This document shows positions 44,811 to 53,369 of a stretch of DNA of 64,000 nt, one piece after another. Origin of the DNA: a virus; the IMG/VR virus record IMGVR_UViG_3300019776_000961, positions 1-64,000 of that record. The stretch is one strand, 5' to 3'. The translations under genes and the position numbers were made by a program. Within the stretch, counting starts at the first letter, position 1, and every line of letters begins with the position of its first letter. A model generated the notes under the pieces. It had not been told where the DNA came from. It saw only the letters and a program-made list of their open reading frames with translations, and did not search any database.

Positions 44811-45259
44811 GGGGGCGTACTGGCTTCGACTTATACTCGAAACTTGTATTGCACGCAGTGGTTGATCACCTGGCCACTATAAAAGGTAATCAAAACATAA
44901 ATGCTAAGACTAAAGTCTCTGCAATCCTTGCCAAGGTAAAGAAGGCAGCTAACACAATCACAGAGTTCTGTCTCTGTGACGAAATGGCTCCTCTCGCTAT
45001 CGCAGCCTAAGGAACCAAAAGGGATCCTATTAAACTTTTGGAAATAATAGTAGGTAGAGTAGTACTTGTGATACTCATAAAATAAGTGCAAGGGGTGGTA
45101 TGTGGTCCTCATTCACACATACAGGTAGGACTCTAAACATGGATAGGTCGCTGGTGCCTGGTTACCTTAAGTCAACCAAAGTACGAAAGCCGGCTAAGCG
45201 TGTAGATGTACAAGCCTAACAGTATAAACACAGGGGTTCGACTCCCCTCGCCTCCACCA
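44811..45259 (+). ncRNA. ssrA: transfer-messenger RNA with a 35-aa tag
   Basis: GGGGGCG/CGCCTCC acceptor with G3:U70, GGTTCGACTCCC T-arm, ACCA end, pk1, tag frame 44903-45010 ending LAIAA*. Confidence 0.93.
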
Positions 45260-45307
45260 ATATTTTTTACTTGCAGAAAGCATATATCTCTATATTATAG
45301 AGGTAAT

Positions 45308-45382
45308 GTTCCCATAGTGTAGCGGTCAGCACCAGCCCCTTTCACGGGCTTAGCAGGGGTTCAAATCCCCTTGGGAATGCCA
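45308..45382 (+). tRNA. tRNA-Glu(UUC)
   Basis: AGCCC-CT TTC AC-GGGCT; GCCA end. Confidence 0.9.
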
Positions 45383-45388
45383 TTATAT

Positions 45389-45544
45389 ATGAATAAAAAA
45401 TACATAGTACAACGCTGGACCGGTAAAGGCTGGGATACTTCAATGTGCTCACCGTATATGTCTCTTCTAGAAGCACAACAACACGTTAAGCTCTATTGGT
45501 GGCATTATACGGAAATAAATCCCTGTCGAATAATCGAAGCATGA
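45389..45544 (+). CDS. small hypothetical protein (51 aa)
   Basis: MNKKYIVQRWTGKGWD...; stop overlaps the next ATG (ATGA). Confidence 0.55.
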   Translation: MNKKYIVQRWTGKGWDTSMCSPYMSLLEAQQHVKLYWWHYTEINPCRIIEA

Positions 45545-46206
45545 AGTTGAAGTATTTACTCAAGGAACTCTATCCCGGAGTTTATTTTTGTAAAATTAAC
45601 GATCTCTATGATCTTGCAATGGTTTTTTGTAGAGTTCAGGAGTTCTATGAGTCGCCGTTTAAGCAGATCCGTGGTAAAAAATTTACTCTTGTAGATTTCA
45701 TGAGAATCTATTCAAAAACTAACGGAAGCTTTACGTATCCACTTGATTGGGGTGGTTTTAACGTACCAGGACCTGTTATTGATAAACTCTACAAACTCGG
45801 TATTGATGATTATAACGTCTACGATGATCTTATTAAGAGCTTTCACGATTCTATCAATGAAAAACTAGAGCAAAAGAATCATTATTATTTGATTGGTGCT
45901 AATAATGATAAGAAGACAATTGAACACGAGCTGTGCCACGCTTTCTACTTTTTAGACGCTGATTATAGGACTGCTACAAATAATGTTCTCCGTAAACTCG
46001 GTAAATCTGTTTATAAAAAGATGACAAAAGCTCTTTTAGATGTAGGCTATTGTCAACCCGTTCTTCTGGATGAGCTTCAAGCCTATCTTATTACCGATTC
46101 ATCACTCATTGATGATAATATTAAACTTAATAAGAAGGAACTTCTCAATAAGACGAATGTTGTATTGGAATTGAAGCATTTTTATAAGAAGTATAAAAAA
46201 CTCTAA
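45541..46206 (+). CDS. conserved phage hypothetical protein (HExxH-like motif)
   Basis: RVQEFYESP...EHELCHAFY. Confidence 0.6.
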   Translation: MKLKYLLKELYPGVYFCKINDLYDLAMVFCRVQEFYESPFKQIRGKKFTLVDFMRIYSKTNGSFTYPLDWGGFNVPGPVIDKLYKLGIDDYNVYDDLIKSFHDSINEKLEQKNHYYLIGANNDKKTIEHELCHAFYFLDADYRTATNNVLRKLGKSVYKKMTKALLDVGYCQPVLLDELQAYLITDSSLIDDNIKLNKKELLNKTNVVLELKHFYKKYKKL

Positions 46207-46220
46207 GATAAATAATAACA

Positions 46221-46856
46221 ATGCTTACCTTTGAAGAGTTCTATAATGAAATTCAAAAGACAAAATCACCTGTTGTTATCGTGGGAGGTATTCACGGCGA
46301 TGAACCAGCTGGAAATATAGCAGCTAAATCATTTGAAGATAAAGACGGTATTGTAGTTTTCTCTGACTTTAATAAAACCGGGAAGAGAAGGTTACATGGT
46401 GTAGATCCAAATAGACACTTCGACGAGGACGATTCAATACCAGAAGAAGACTCTTTATTAGAAGATATAATTAAATTAAAGCCAAGACTTGTTATATCTC
46501 TTCACGAAGACGACTCCACCGATGAAGTTTACGCTTATTGCTCACCTGGCATGAAAGATAAGCTTCAAGAAGTGTTAGTATCTCTTGATGTACCATTAGC
46601 TAAATCTGCTATTGGCGACAAAACGGATAGAGGTGTTATAACTGACGGTAAACTACCGACGAAAGGTACTTTAGAGCGCGCATTAAGAAAGAGATATATA
46701 CCAAGCTGCACCATCGAGACGCCATCAGCTGAATTATCCCTAGAAGAGCGTGTAGCTATACATAAGAAGGTAGTACTTGGCATACTCCAGCAAATGGAGT
46801 TTCATGACCGAGCTATCGATATGTCTGATATCGAAGTAAAAGAAGAAACAGAATAA
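46221..46856 (+). CDS. M14 / succinylglutamate desuccinylase-like Zn peptidase
   Basis: GGIHGDEPAG (HxxE), DPNRHF, ISLHED, TIET. Confidence 0.75.
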   Translation: MLTFEEFYNEIQKTKSPVVIVGGIHGDEPAGNIAAKSFEDKDGIVVFSDFNKTGKRRLHGVDPNRHFDEDDSIPEEDSLLEDIIKLKPRLVISLHEDDSTDEVYAYCSPGMKDKLQEVLVSLDVPLAKSAIGDKTDRGVITDGKLPTKGTLERALRKRYIPSCTIETPSAELSLEERVAIHKKVVLGILQQMEFHDRAIDMSDIEVKEETE

Positions 46857-46956
46857 ATTTGCTTTTTCATATAAAGCATATATAAATAATATTGCTCAGG
46901 TGCTCAACCAGGCCTAAGGCAAACATATTAACTCGCTTAACAAAAGGAGAACACAT

Positions 46957-47442
46957 ATGACAACAAACATAACACCATACACAGTTGGCAGGATCTTTCC
47001 TGCTACAGGCTCGGGATTCAGCCATCTCCCGGCTCTGTTTAATGAAACATGGCTAAGCGATGTCTTTAAGGACTTCGATAAAGCATTTGATATTCCAAAT
47101 GCTGTCTATCCTTACAACATCGTGTCAGAAACCGATCCAGACGGTAATCCACTAACCTACTACATCGAAGTAGCGCTAGCGGGCGTTGGAAAGGATAATA
47201 TTAACGTATCGGTCAAGGAGGGCAAGCTCGTGATCGCCGTTAATAAGGAAGAGGTTGAATATGATGAGACAATCCACTTCCATCGTAAAGGCATTAGCCG
47301 CAGAAAGGGACAATTGTCCTTCTCGCTTAATGACAATACGGATGTAAAGAACATCTCATCAACATACACAGACGGGCTACTACGAGTTAAGGTACCTGTT
47401 GTGAAACCGGAGGTACAAAATATCAGTATCGAGGTTAAATAG
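46957..47442 (+). CDS. small heat-shock protein Hsp20
   Basis: YPYNIV...IEVALAG...HRKGISRR...DGLLRV; SD AAGGAG. Confidence 0.92.
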   Translation: MTTNITPYTVGRIFPATGSGFSHLPALFNETWLSDVFKDFDKAFDIPNAVYPYNIVSETDPDGNPLTYYIEVALAGVGKDNINVSVKEGKLVIAVNKEEVEYDETIHFHRKGISRRKGQLSFSLNDNTDVKNISSTYTDGLLRVKVPVVKPEVQNISIEVK

Positions 47443-47679
47443 AGTTTAAATTAGTCTCTGGATTGAGCACCTGGAGCACTTTTTTAACTTTTTAGTCGAC
47501 TAAATAATTATGTGCTTACGATAGATGAAGGCGCATTTTTGGCAATACAGATATTCATTGCTCTAATTCTTTGGTCTACATATATTTTTATTAAGTTCAT
47601 ATTTTTTACAATTAAATATTTCCGGAATTCGAGAAAAAATGCTGGAGCTCTAAAATAGTTCCTTCATAATGAGGGGGTC

Positions 47680-48777
47680 ATGAGTACAACCACACTAGAT
47701 AAGTTCGTAGCAAATCGCAAGAACATCCAGGCACAGGTTAGCCAATATAGCCTTGTCCCGATGAGCTTGAATCAAATCCACAAGAACGGAAATCGCTTTT
47801 ATAATGCGGATTCCGAACTTAGCGAAAAGTCCATGAATTCCCTTCTCGGAGTTCTCGGAGTTAAACAATCACTCGTCGATGATATCGAAGATGACCAGAA
47901 GCAGTGGGAACCCCTTCACTCCGCTCTCGCCAATATTCGGTCTAATCGCGTTGTAACAGCTGTTCGTAATAATGAAAACAACAGAATTATCGATGTCTAT
48001 AATACAGCTATTAAAGATGAGAAACCTATTGATCTTACCAATGGTCTTCGTTATACCGAAGAGTTCCTCCGTACCACTGATAGCAATCTCTCGTTGAAGA
48101 ACTTTCACTTCAATCCAGAGAACCTGTCAATTAATATTGATTTCCTTAATCCTGATACCGATATCGATGTCTTCGGTGATGGTAAGGACTTCTGGAAATC
48201 CGGATTTGGTATCTCGTTCTCACCGAACAAGACGCAGACCTATCCGTTTTTCCTTCGAATGATTTGTTCCAACGGAATGCATGCTATCCATCGTATGTCT
48301 CAGCGATTTGTTGACTCTGAGTCACTTACACAGAAAACGTTTATACATCAGATTCAGCGTTATCTGTCGAACGATGATCGAAACTCTGAGGTTCAGGTCT
48401 CTTGTAACCGTCTGCGTAACAACAATGCATCTCTCCGTGAGTTCTATAATGCGCGCGCAGTTGTCGAGAAGATCGATAAGGATCTTGCAAAGAACATGTT
48501 CAATGACGAGGAGCTGACCAAGCGTTATGCTTCGATCGGAGTTGATCTCAAGAAGCAGAACAAGCGCTGGCTTGCAACTGCAAACTCCAACGTCAATAGT
48601 TATGACTTCTTCAATAACTTGACCCACGCAGCAACCCATACGCTCTCTGATACAGAGATTGCAACAAGGATGGAGCTTAACCGACTCGCCTCGGATATGT
48701 TCTTCTCCGGACCTGACTTCTCGACGATGGCTCCGGATCCGTTCCGTGAGGTTGCATCTTATACGACAGAGAAATAA
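47680..48777 (+). CDS. DUF932-like early protein
   Basis: PFFLRMICSNGM resembles the DUF932 RxxCxNG motif; NSYDFFNNLT. Confidence 0.5.
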   Translation: MSTTTLDKFVANRKNIQAQVSQYSLVPMSLNQIHKNGNRFYNADSELSEKSMNSLLGVLGVKQSLVDDIEDDQKQWEPLHSALANIRSNRVVTAVRNNENNRIIDVYNTAIKDEKPIDLTNGLRYTEEFLRTTDSNLSLKNFHFNPENLSINIDFLNPDTDIDVFGDGKDFWKSGFGISFSPNKTQTYPFFLRMICSNGMHAIHRMSQRFVDSESLTQKTFIHQIQRYLSNDDRNSEVQVSCNRLRNNNASLREFYNARAVVEKIDKDLAKNMFNDEELTKRYASIGVDLKKQNKRWLATANSNVNSYDFFNNLTHAATHTLSDTEIATRMELNRLASDMFFSGPDFSTMAPDPFREVASYTTEK

Positions 48778-48790
48778 GTAATCAAAGCAG

Positions 48791-48863
48791 ACCCCCGGCG
48801 CCTCTCTCATACACCTACAGGCCTATAAAGCGGTAAAGAGTGATGATGCGTAATTCCGGGGGT
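48791..48863 (+). ncRNA. candidate structured RNA upstream of tRNA-Gly
   Basis: 8-bp GC stem ACCCCCGG/CCGGGGGT enclosing ~57 nt. Confidence 0.35.
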
Positions 48864-48870
48864 GTTCTTT

Positions 48871-48944
48871 GGGGGTATAATGTAACGGTAGCCTGAGACC
48901 TTGCCAAGGTTTACGAGAGGGTTCGATTCCCTCTACCCCCTCCA
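48871..48944 (+). tRNA. tRNA-Gly(GCC)
   Basis: GGGGGTA/TACCCCC acceptor, AGACC-TT GCC AA-GGTTT, U73. Confidence 0.9.
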
Positions 48945-48955
48945 TTAAATAATTG

Positions 48956-48978
48956 AGCAGCTTCGGCTGCTCTTTTTT
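48956..48978 (+). terminator. intrinsic terminator
   Basis: GAGCAGC-TTCG-GCTGCTC followed by a T run. Confidence 0.8.
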
Positions 48979-49191
48979 ATGAAAAAATTCCTTTATTATA
49001 TTCTAGCTTTGTTCTTTTATTATACAGGTGATTTAGCTTGGTCGATTATAAATCTCTCAACCAATTTCTACCTACTGAATAGACTTCTCGAAGGTCGACT
49101 TTGGGGATTATATCAGAACTGTATGTCACTTTCTTTAAAATACGATGAAATAGCGGGCTATAAGATTTGGAAATTACCGGATGAGACATAA
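48979..49191 (+). CDS. hypothetical membrane protein
   Basis: 70 aa, hydrophobic N-terminus. Confidence 0.45.
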   Translation: MKKFLYYILALFFYYTGDLAWSIINLSTNFYLLNRLLEGRLWGLYQNCMSLSLKYDEIAGYKIWKLPDET

Positions 49192-49199
49192 ATATCTAT

Positions 49200-50525
49200 A
49201 TGTCCAATGTAAGAATTAGTGGCCTCCCTATCAATCTACCGACACCATCTTCATATCTTCCGGTAGAAGTTATGACATCACCAGGTGTCTTCACTACTTC
49301 AAAGACACAACTATCTACATTTACACAGGCAGGCCCGGATTTTAAACACTTTCAGAGTAGTTTTTCTACTGCAACAGCGTTATCTGCAGGCTGGCAAACA
49401 GCATATATAAATCTATGTGCCTATGCTCCATCATGGATTGGCAATAATACACTTACATCGGCAAATAGTTCGCGCTGGAGCTCTGCTTATAATACAGTAA
49501 CTGCATATTTTCCTTATTGGCAAGCGGGTTATAATTTTAGTACAGGCAATGGAGCAAGTGTTGTATCAACTGTCTCTTCGAATAGTGCAAGCTGGGGCGG
49601 AGGTGCTTCTGTTTATACAACGGTCAATACATACAGTGCTGCGTGGCAAACAGCAAGTACAGGTGGTGGTGTATCAGTCTATCAAACAGTTAACCCGCTA
49701 AGTGCTGCTTGGACATCTGCGACTAAGACTGTTACCGCTCTTTCTTCTCACTGGGAAGGTGTATTTACAAACGTATATCCAAACTCTGGTAACTGGCAGT
49801 CCACATACACACTCGTTAATACAACAACCGCTACAACATTTTTAGTTAATAGCCTTAGCGCACGAGGTAATATTGCCACAACCGGTAATATTACTACAAC
49901 AGGCGGTATCACTGCAACAGGTAATATCACCACAACTGGAAGTATTACTGCAAGATCTGAAATTACCGCTCTACTCGATAATAATATATCACAATTTAGA
50001 GCAATTGATCGCAATAATACTTACGGATTATTGATCCGCAACGACGGTATCAACACATATTTTCTCTTTACTGCAGTTAACGATCCGTATGGTACATGGA
50101 ATGCATTAAGACCGTTTTATATAAACAATTCATCAGGTAATGTTTCAATGGCAAATGGACTTATGTCTGTTGCATACTCTACAGGTGCTGTAACATTGAG
50201 TAGCGTAACTTTCAGCGATGGCAGTACACAGTATTCAGCTGGTGTTGGTTCTCCAGTTCAATCTTGGCAGAACGTCACATCAACAAGAACACAAGGTTCA
50301 ACATACACTAATTCGACCGGTAGACCGATACAGGTTGCTATCTACGGGACACAGGCTGGCAATTCATCGGTTATTTTTTATATAAATAACGTACAGGTAA
50401 GTAACTCAGTCAGTGTTGCAAATCAAGCAAGTCAATGGCTCATTACATCACACATTATACCACATGGTGCAACGTATAGATTAGGTACAGGTCAGCAAGG
50501 TATCAATTGGTGGGAGCTAAGATAA
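49200..50525 (+). CDS. tail fibre protein
   Basis: NVRISGLP N-terminus, S-x-x-W stalk repeats, C-terminal QSWQNVT..R...TYTNSTGRPI domain typical of fibres. Confidence 0.8.
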   Translation: MSNVRISGLPINLPTPSSYLPVEVMTSPGVFTTSKTQLSTFTQAGPDFKHFQSSFSTATALSAGWQTAYINLCAYAPSWIGNNTLTSANSSRWSSAYNTVTAYFPYWQAGYNFSTGNGASVVSTVSSNSASWGGGASVYTTVNTYSAAWQTASTGGGVSVYQTVNPLSAAWTSATKTVTALSSHWEGVFTNVYPNSGNWQSTYTLVNTTTATTFLVNSLSARGNIATTGNITTTGGITATGNITTTGSITARSEITALLDNNISQFRAIDRNNTYGLLIRNDGINTYFLFTAVNDPYGTWNALRPFYINNSSGNVSMANGLMSVAYSTGAVTLSSVTFSDGSTQYSAGVGSPVQSWQNVTSTRTQGSTYTNSTGRPIQVAIYGTQAGNSSVIFYINNVQVSNSVSVANQASQWLITSHIIPHGATYRLGTGQQGINWWELR

Positions 50526-50531
50526 TTTTTT

Positions 50532-50918
50532 ATGAAACATTATATTGACACGAATAACGAGATTTGGGGTTTCGATAACAATCAAACAGCTCTTATACCT
50601 AACGACGCTGTAGAGATACCTTCCTCATATACAGCTGCACAATATCCTTTTCTTTCTTTAAAGGATAACATTATTCACTTTGATAATATAGCATATATTG
50701 CAAATAGTAATTCTGAAAAATTAAACGATTGTAAATTTAAAGCAAAAATATTGCTTTCAAATACAGATTGGGCTACGCTTTTTGATGTAGCATCAGGTTC
50801 ACCGTGTTTAACAAATCAGTCAGATTTTATTAAGTACCGTGAAGCGGTACGTAAGTTAGTTGTATCACCTGTTTTAGAGCCTGAATGGCCAGAAATACCT
50901 GTAGCTCAATGGTCATAA
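50532..50918 (+). CDS. tail fibre assembly/chaperone-like protein
   Basis: LLSNTDW...YREAVR...WPEIP pattern directly after a fibre gene. Confidence 0.7.
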   Translation: MKHYIDTNNEIWGFDNNQTALIPNDAVEIPSSYTAAQYPFLSLKDNIIHFDNIAYIANSNSEKLNDCKFKAKILLSNTDWATLFDVASGSPCLTNQSDFIKYREAVRKLVVSPVLEPEWPEIPVAQWS

Positions 50919-50972
50919 CAACTATTGAGAAGTTTATTAACTGAATAAGTACTATAGTAAGAATCTTACTAT

Positions 50973-51896
50973 ATGGCAAGTCTCTATTCGTTACCAACAT
51001 CTGCTGTAGCTAGTTCTATCTATCTGTCAAAGAACTTAGATACAACAAAGGATATCGTTGTATCCTTTGATTACGCATGTTATGGGTATCAATCACAGGG
51101 AAGCGAAGGATTTAACGTTTTCTTTGTAGATTCAAATGCATATACAATAAATGGTGGTAGTCCGGGCCCTGGACTTTGTTACGCTCCTACGTTCGGTATA
51201 TCAGGTGTCAATTCACAAGGGCAAACCTTAACATCTTTCAGCGGTGTTTATCTTGGTGAGCTTGGAATTGGTTTTGACTTAACGGGTAACTATGGAACAT
51301 CTGCTTATGGCATAAATGGTTACCAAGACGGTATACCTAATAGTGTTTCTATCCGCGGTTCCCAGAACTTTCAATACAATCTTTATTACAATTCAGGAAA
51401 TCTTACAGCAAGTAGTTACCCTATACCATTGTCTCTATATCAGCAGGTAACTAGTGTTGATGATGTGCAATTTTATACTGTGCGCATACGGTTAACGGAT
51501 TTCTGTAAGACAATTTATATCGACTGGAAGCAACCTGGCGATCTCTATTATACTAATTATATTACTACCGCTCTACCTGAGGAATGGCCTGGTACAGTCA
51601 ATTGCTGTCTAGGATTTGCAACAGGTCTCACTGGTACCTGTTTTTCTATTAAAAATTTTAATGTAAACGGTATATTCGCAACTACAAGTGCTGCGTCAAT
51701 AACATATACATGGACTTATTCTAGTGCAAGCTACCTCGGTCAGACACCAAATCCTGCTGCATTATCTGTTCTTGATACTGTAACAATAAGAAATGCACCA
51801 CCGTGGAACAATTACCCTTCTCTCATCAATATTACATCAGATGGTACAGCTCCTCTTCAGAATACAGATGGATACATTATCATAAACTATACATAA
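50973..51896 (+). CDS. L-type lectin/ConA-like virion protein
   Basis: SFDYA...GSEGFNVFF...GGSPGPGLCY...LGIGFD...LGFATG. Confidence 0.6.
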   Translation: MASLYSLPTSAVASSIYLSKNLDTTKDIVVSFDYACYGYQSQGSEGFNVFFVDSNAYTINGGSPGPGLCYAPTFGISGVNSQGQTLTSFSGVYLGELGIGFDLTGNYGTSAYGINGYQDGIPNSVSIRGSQNFQYNLYYNSGNLTASSYPIPLSLYQQVTSVDDVQFYTVRIRLTDFCKTIYIDWKQPGDLYYTNYITTALPEEWPGTVNCCLGFATGLTGTCFSIKNFNVNGIFATTSAASITYTWTYSSASYLGQTPNPAALSVLDTVTIRNAPPWNNYPSLINITSDGTAPLQNTDGYIIINYT

Positions 51897-51911
51897 ATAT
51901 AAATAATTCAT

Positions 51912-53351
51912 ATGCCTAATATAGCAGCAACATTATCTCTTAACGTACCGGCGATTACAGCTCTCTGTAAGGGTGACCCTGGTAGTAGCTTGCTTAACGG
52001 CACAGGTGCACCGAACAATGCGCTCGGCCGAAACGGTGATTTTTATCTCGATACTGCACTTTACAACATCTACGGTCCAAAGGTCTCTGGTGTATGGAAT
52101 GGTCCTACACTACTAAGCAACAGTGTACTGGCTAGTGTTTGGAATAGTACAAATACAACTGTTTATAGTAATAGTGCAAATTGGAATTCTGTCTACACAA
52201 CATTTAACGCGAATAGCGGTGCTTTAACTACACTGGCAACTAACAGTGCCAACTGGGATTCAGTTTATACCACATTTAACGCTAATAGTGGTTCACTTAC
52301 AACTCTTGCAACTAATAGTGCAGGCTGGTCAACTGGTAGCACTCTTGCAAGTAGTGTATACACAACTGTAAATTCAAATAGTGCTACTTGGAATGCAGGT
52401 GGCGGCGGCACAGGTAGACCAGATGTTAATAATGCTGTTATTACTTTGAGTGGTAACTGGACAAGTAGTTACAATACACTTACAAGCTTGAGTGGTGGCT
52501 GGCAGAGTACATATACAAACGTTTATAATAATAGTGCAAGTTGGAATGCTGCAGCGGAAGCCACAACATCTGTAATCGCACCGTTTAGTGCACAATGGCA
52601 GTCTGTTTACAATTACACAAACGAAACCAGTGCTTATAATACTTCTGTTTATAGTACAGTGACGGGTGTGAGTTCCCAATGGCAATCAGCATATAATGTA
52701 ACACTGTCAACAGCTCCTAATGTAACAAATATTATTAATAGTTTTGCTACGGATATAGCTCCTGCCTCAGCTCGTTGGAATAACGTCTCTTACGCTTACA
52801 TGTTTGGTGGCAGTGCAGACATACAGCTCGGTAAAAGCGCCTACTCTACAACTAATGCTTATAGTGGTACATGGAATACTGTCGCTGATTCAGCAGCTGC
52901 ACTTCTTACATTTGTATCGACGATTTCTACAATTACTGCAGCTAGTACATACGTACAGAATAATTCAGCTAATACACAATTTAATAATCTTTCAGCTTAC
53001 GCTTTGAGTGCATCATATCTTGCAGTAGAGCGAGGCATTTATGTAGCTGGCCTCTTTACAGGACCGTATAATGATGGTACTGTAGTGGATTACCAAACAG
53101 GTAACGGTCGTATGCTTGTAGGACCTGCAGATAACATTTCCTTCTACTCTAATTATACAGGTAGTGGAAATGCACTTACAGCTAATGCCACATTATTCTA
53201 TACAGGTGGTTTATCGGCTCGAGGTGGTTTATCTGGTACAGATATTACTATAAACCCAGCACCGACACTGCCCACAGTTAAAACAGCTCAAAATAAATAT
53301 CTACCAATAAATGTCGGTGGTGCTATTTACTATCTATCGCTTTATCAGTAA
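51912..53351 (+). CDS. fibre protein with Trp/Tyr stalk repeats
   Basis: KGDPG...GRNGDFYLDT...YGPK..GVW module, many NSANW repeats. Confidence 0.7.
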   Translation: MPNIAATLSLNVPAITALCKGDPGSSLLNGTGAPNNALGRNGDFYLDTALYNIYGPKVSGVWNGPTLLSNSVLASVWNSTNTTVYSNSANWNSVYTTFNANSGALTTLATNSANWDSVYTTFNANSGSLTTLATNSAGWSTGSTLASSVYTTVNSNSATWNAGGGGTGRPDVNNAVITLSGNWTSSYNTLTSLSGGWQSTYTNVYNNSASWNAAAEATTSVIAPFSAQWQSVYNYTNETSAYNTSVYSTVTGVSSQWQSAYNVTLSTAPNVTNIINSFATDIAPASARWNNVSYAYMFGGSADIQLGKSAYSTTNAYSGTWNTVADSAAALLTFVSTISTITAASTYVQNNSANTQFNNLSAYALSASYLAVERGIYVAGLFTGPYNDGTVVDYQTGNGRMLVGPADNISFYSNYTGSGNALTANATLFYTGGLSARGGLSGTDITINPAPTLPTVKTAQNKYLPINVGGAIYYLSLYQ

Positions 53352-53369
53352 AAAATAGTAAATAATAGT

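Noticed and set aside
44831-45112. 93-aa minus-strand ORF
   Set aside because: Antisense to tmRNA.
45308-45382. Frameshift-suppressor-like anticodon loop in tRNA-Glu
   Set aside because: A recount gives a canonical 5-bp stem and 7-nt loop (AGCCC-CTTTCAC-GGGCT).
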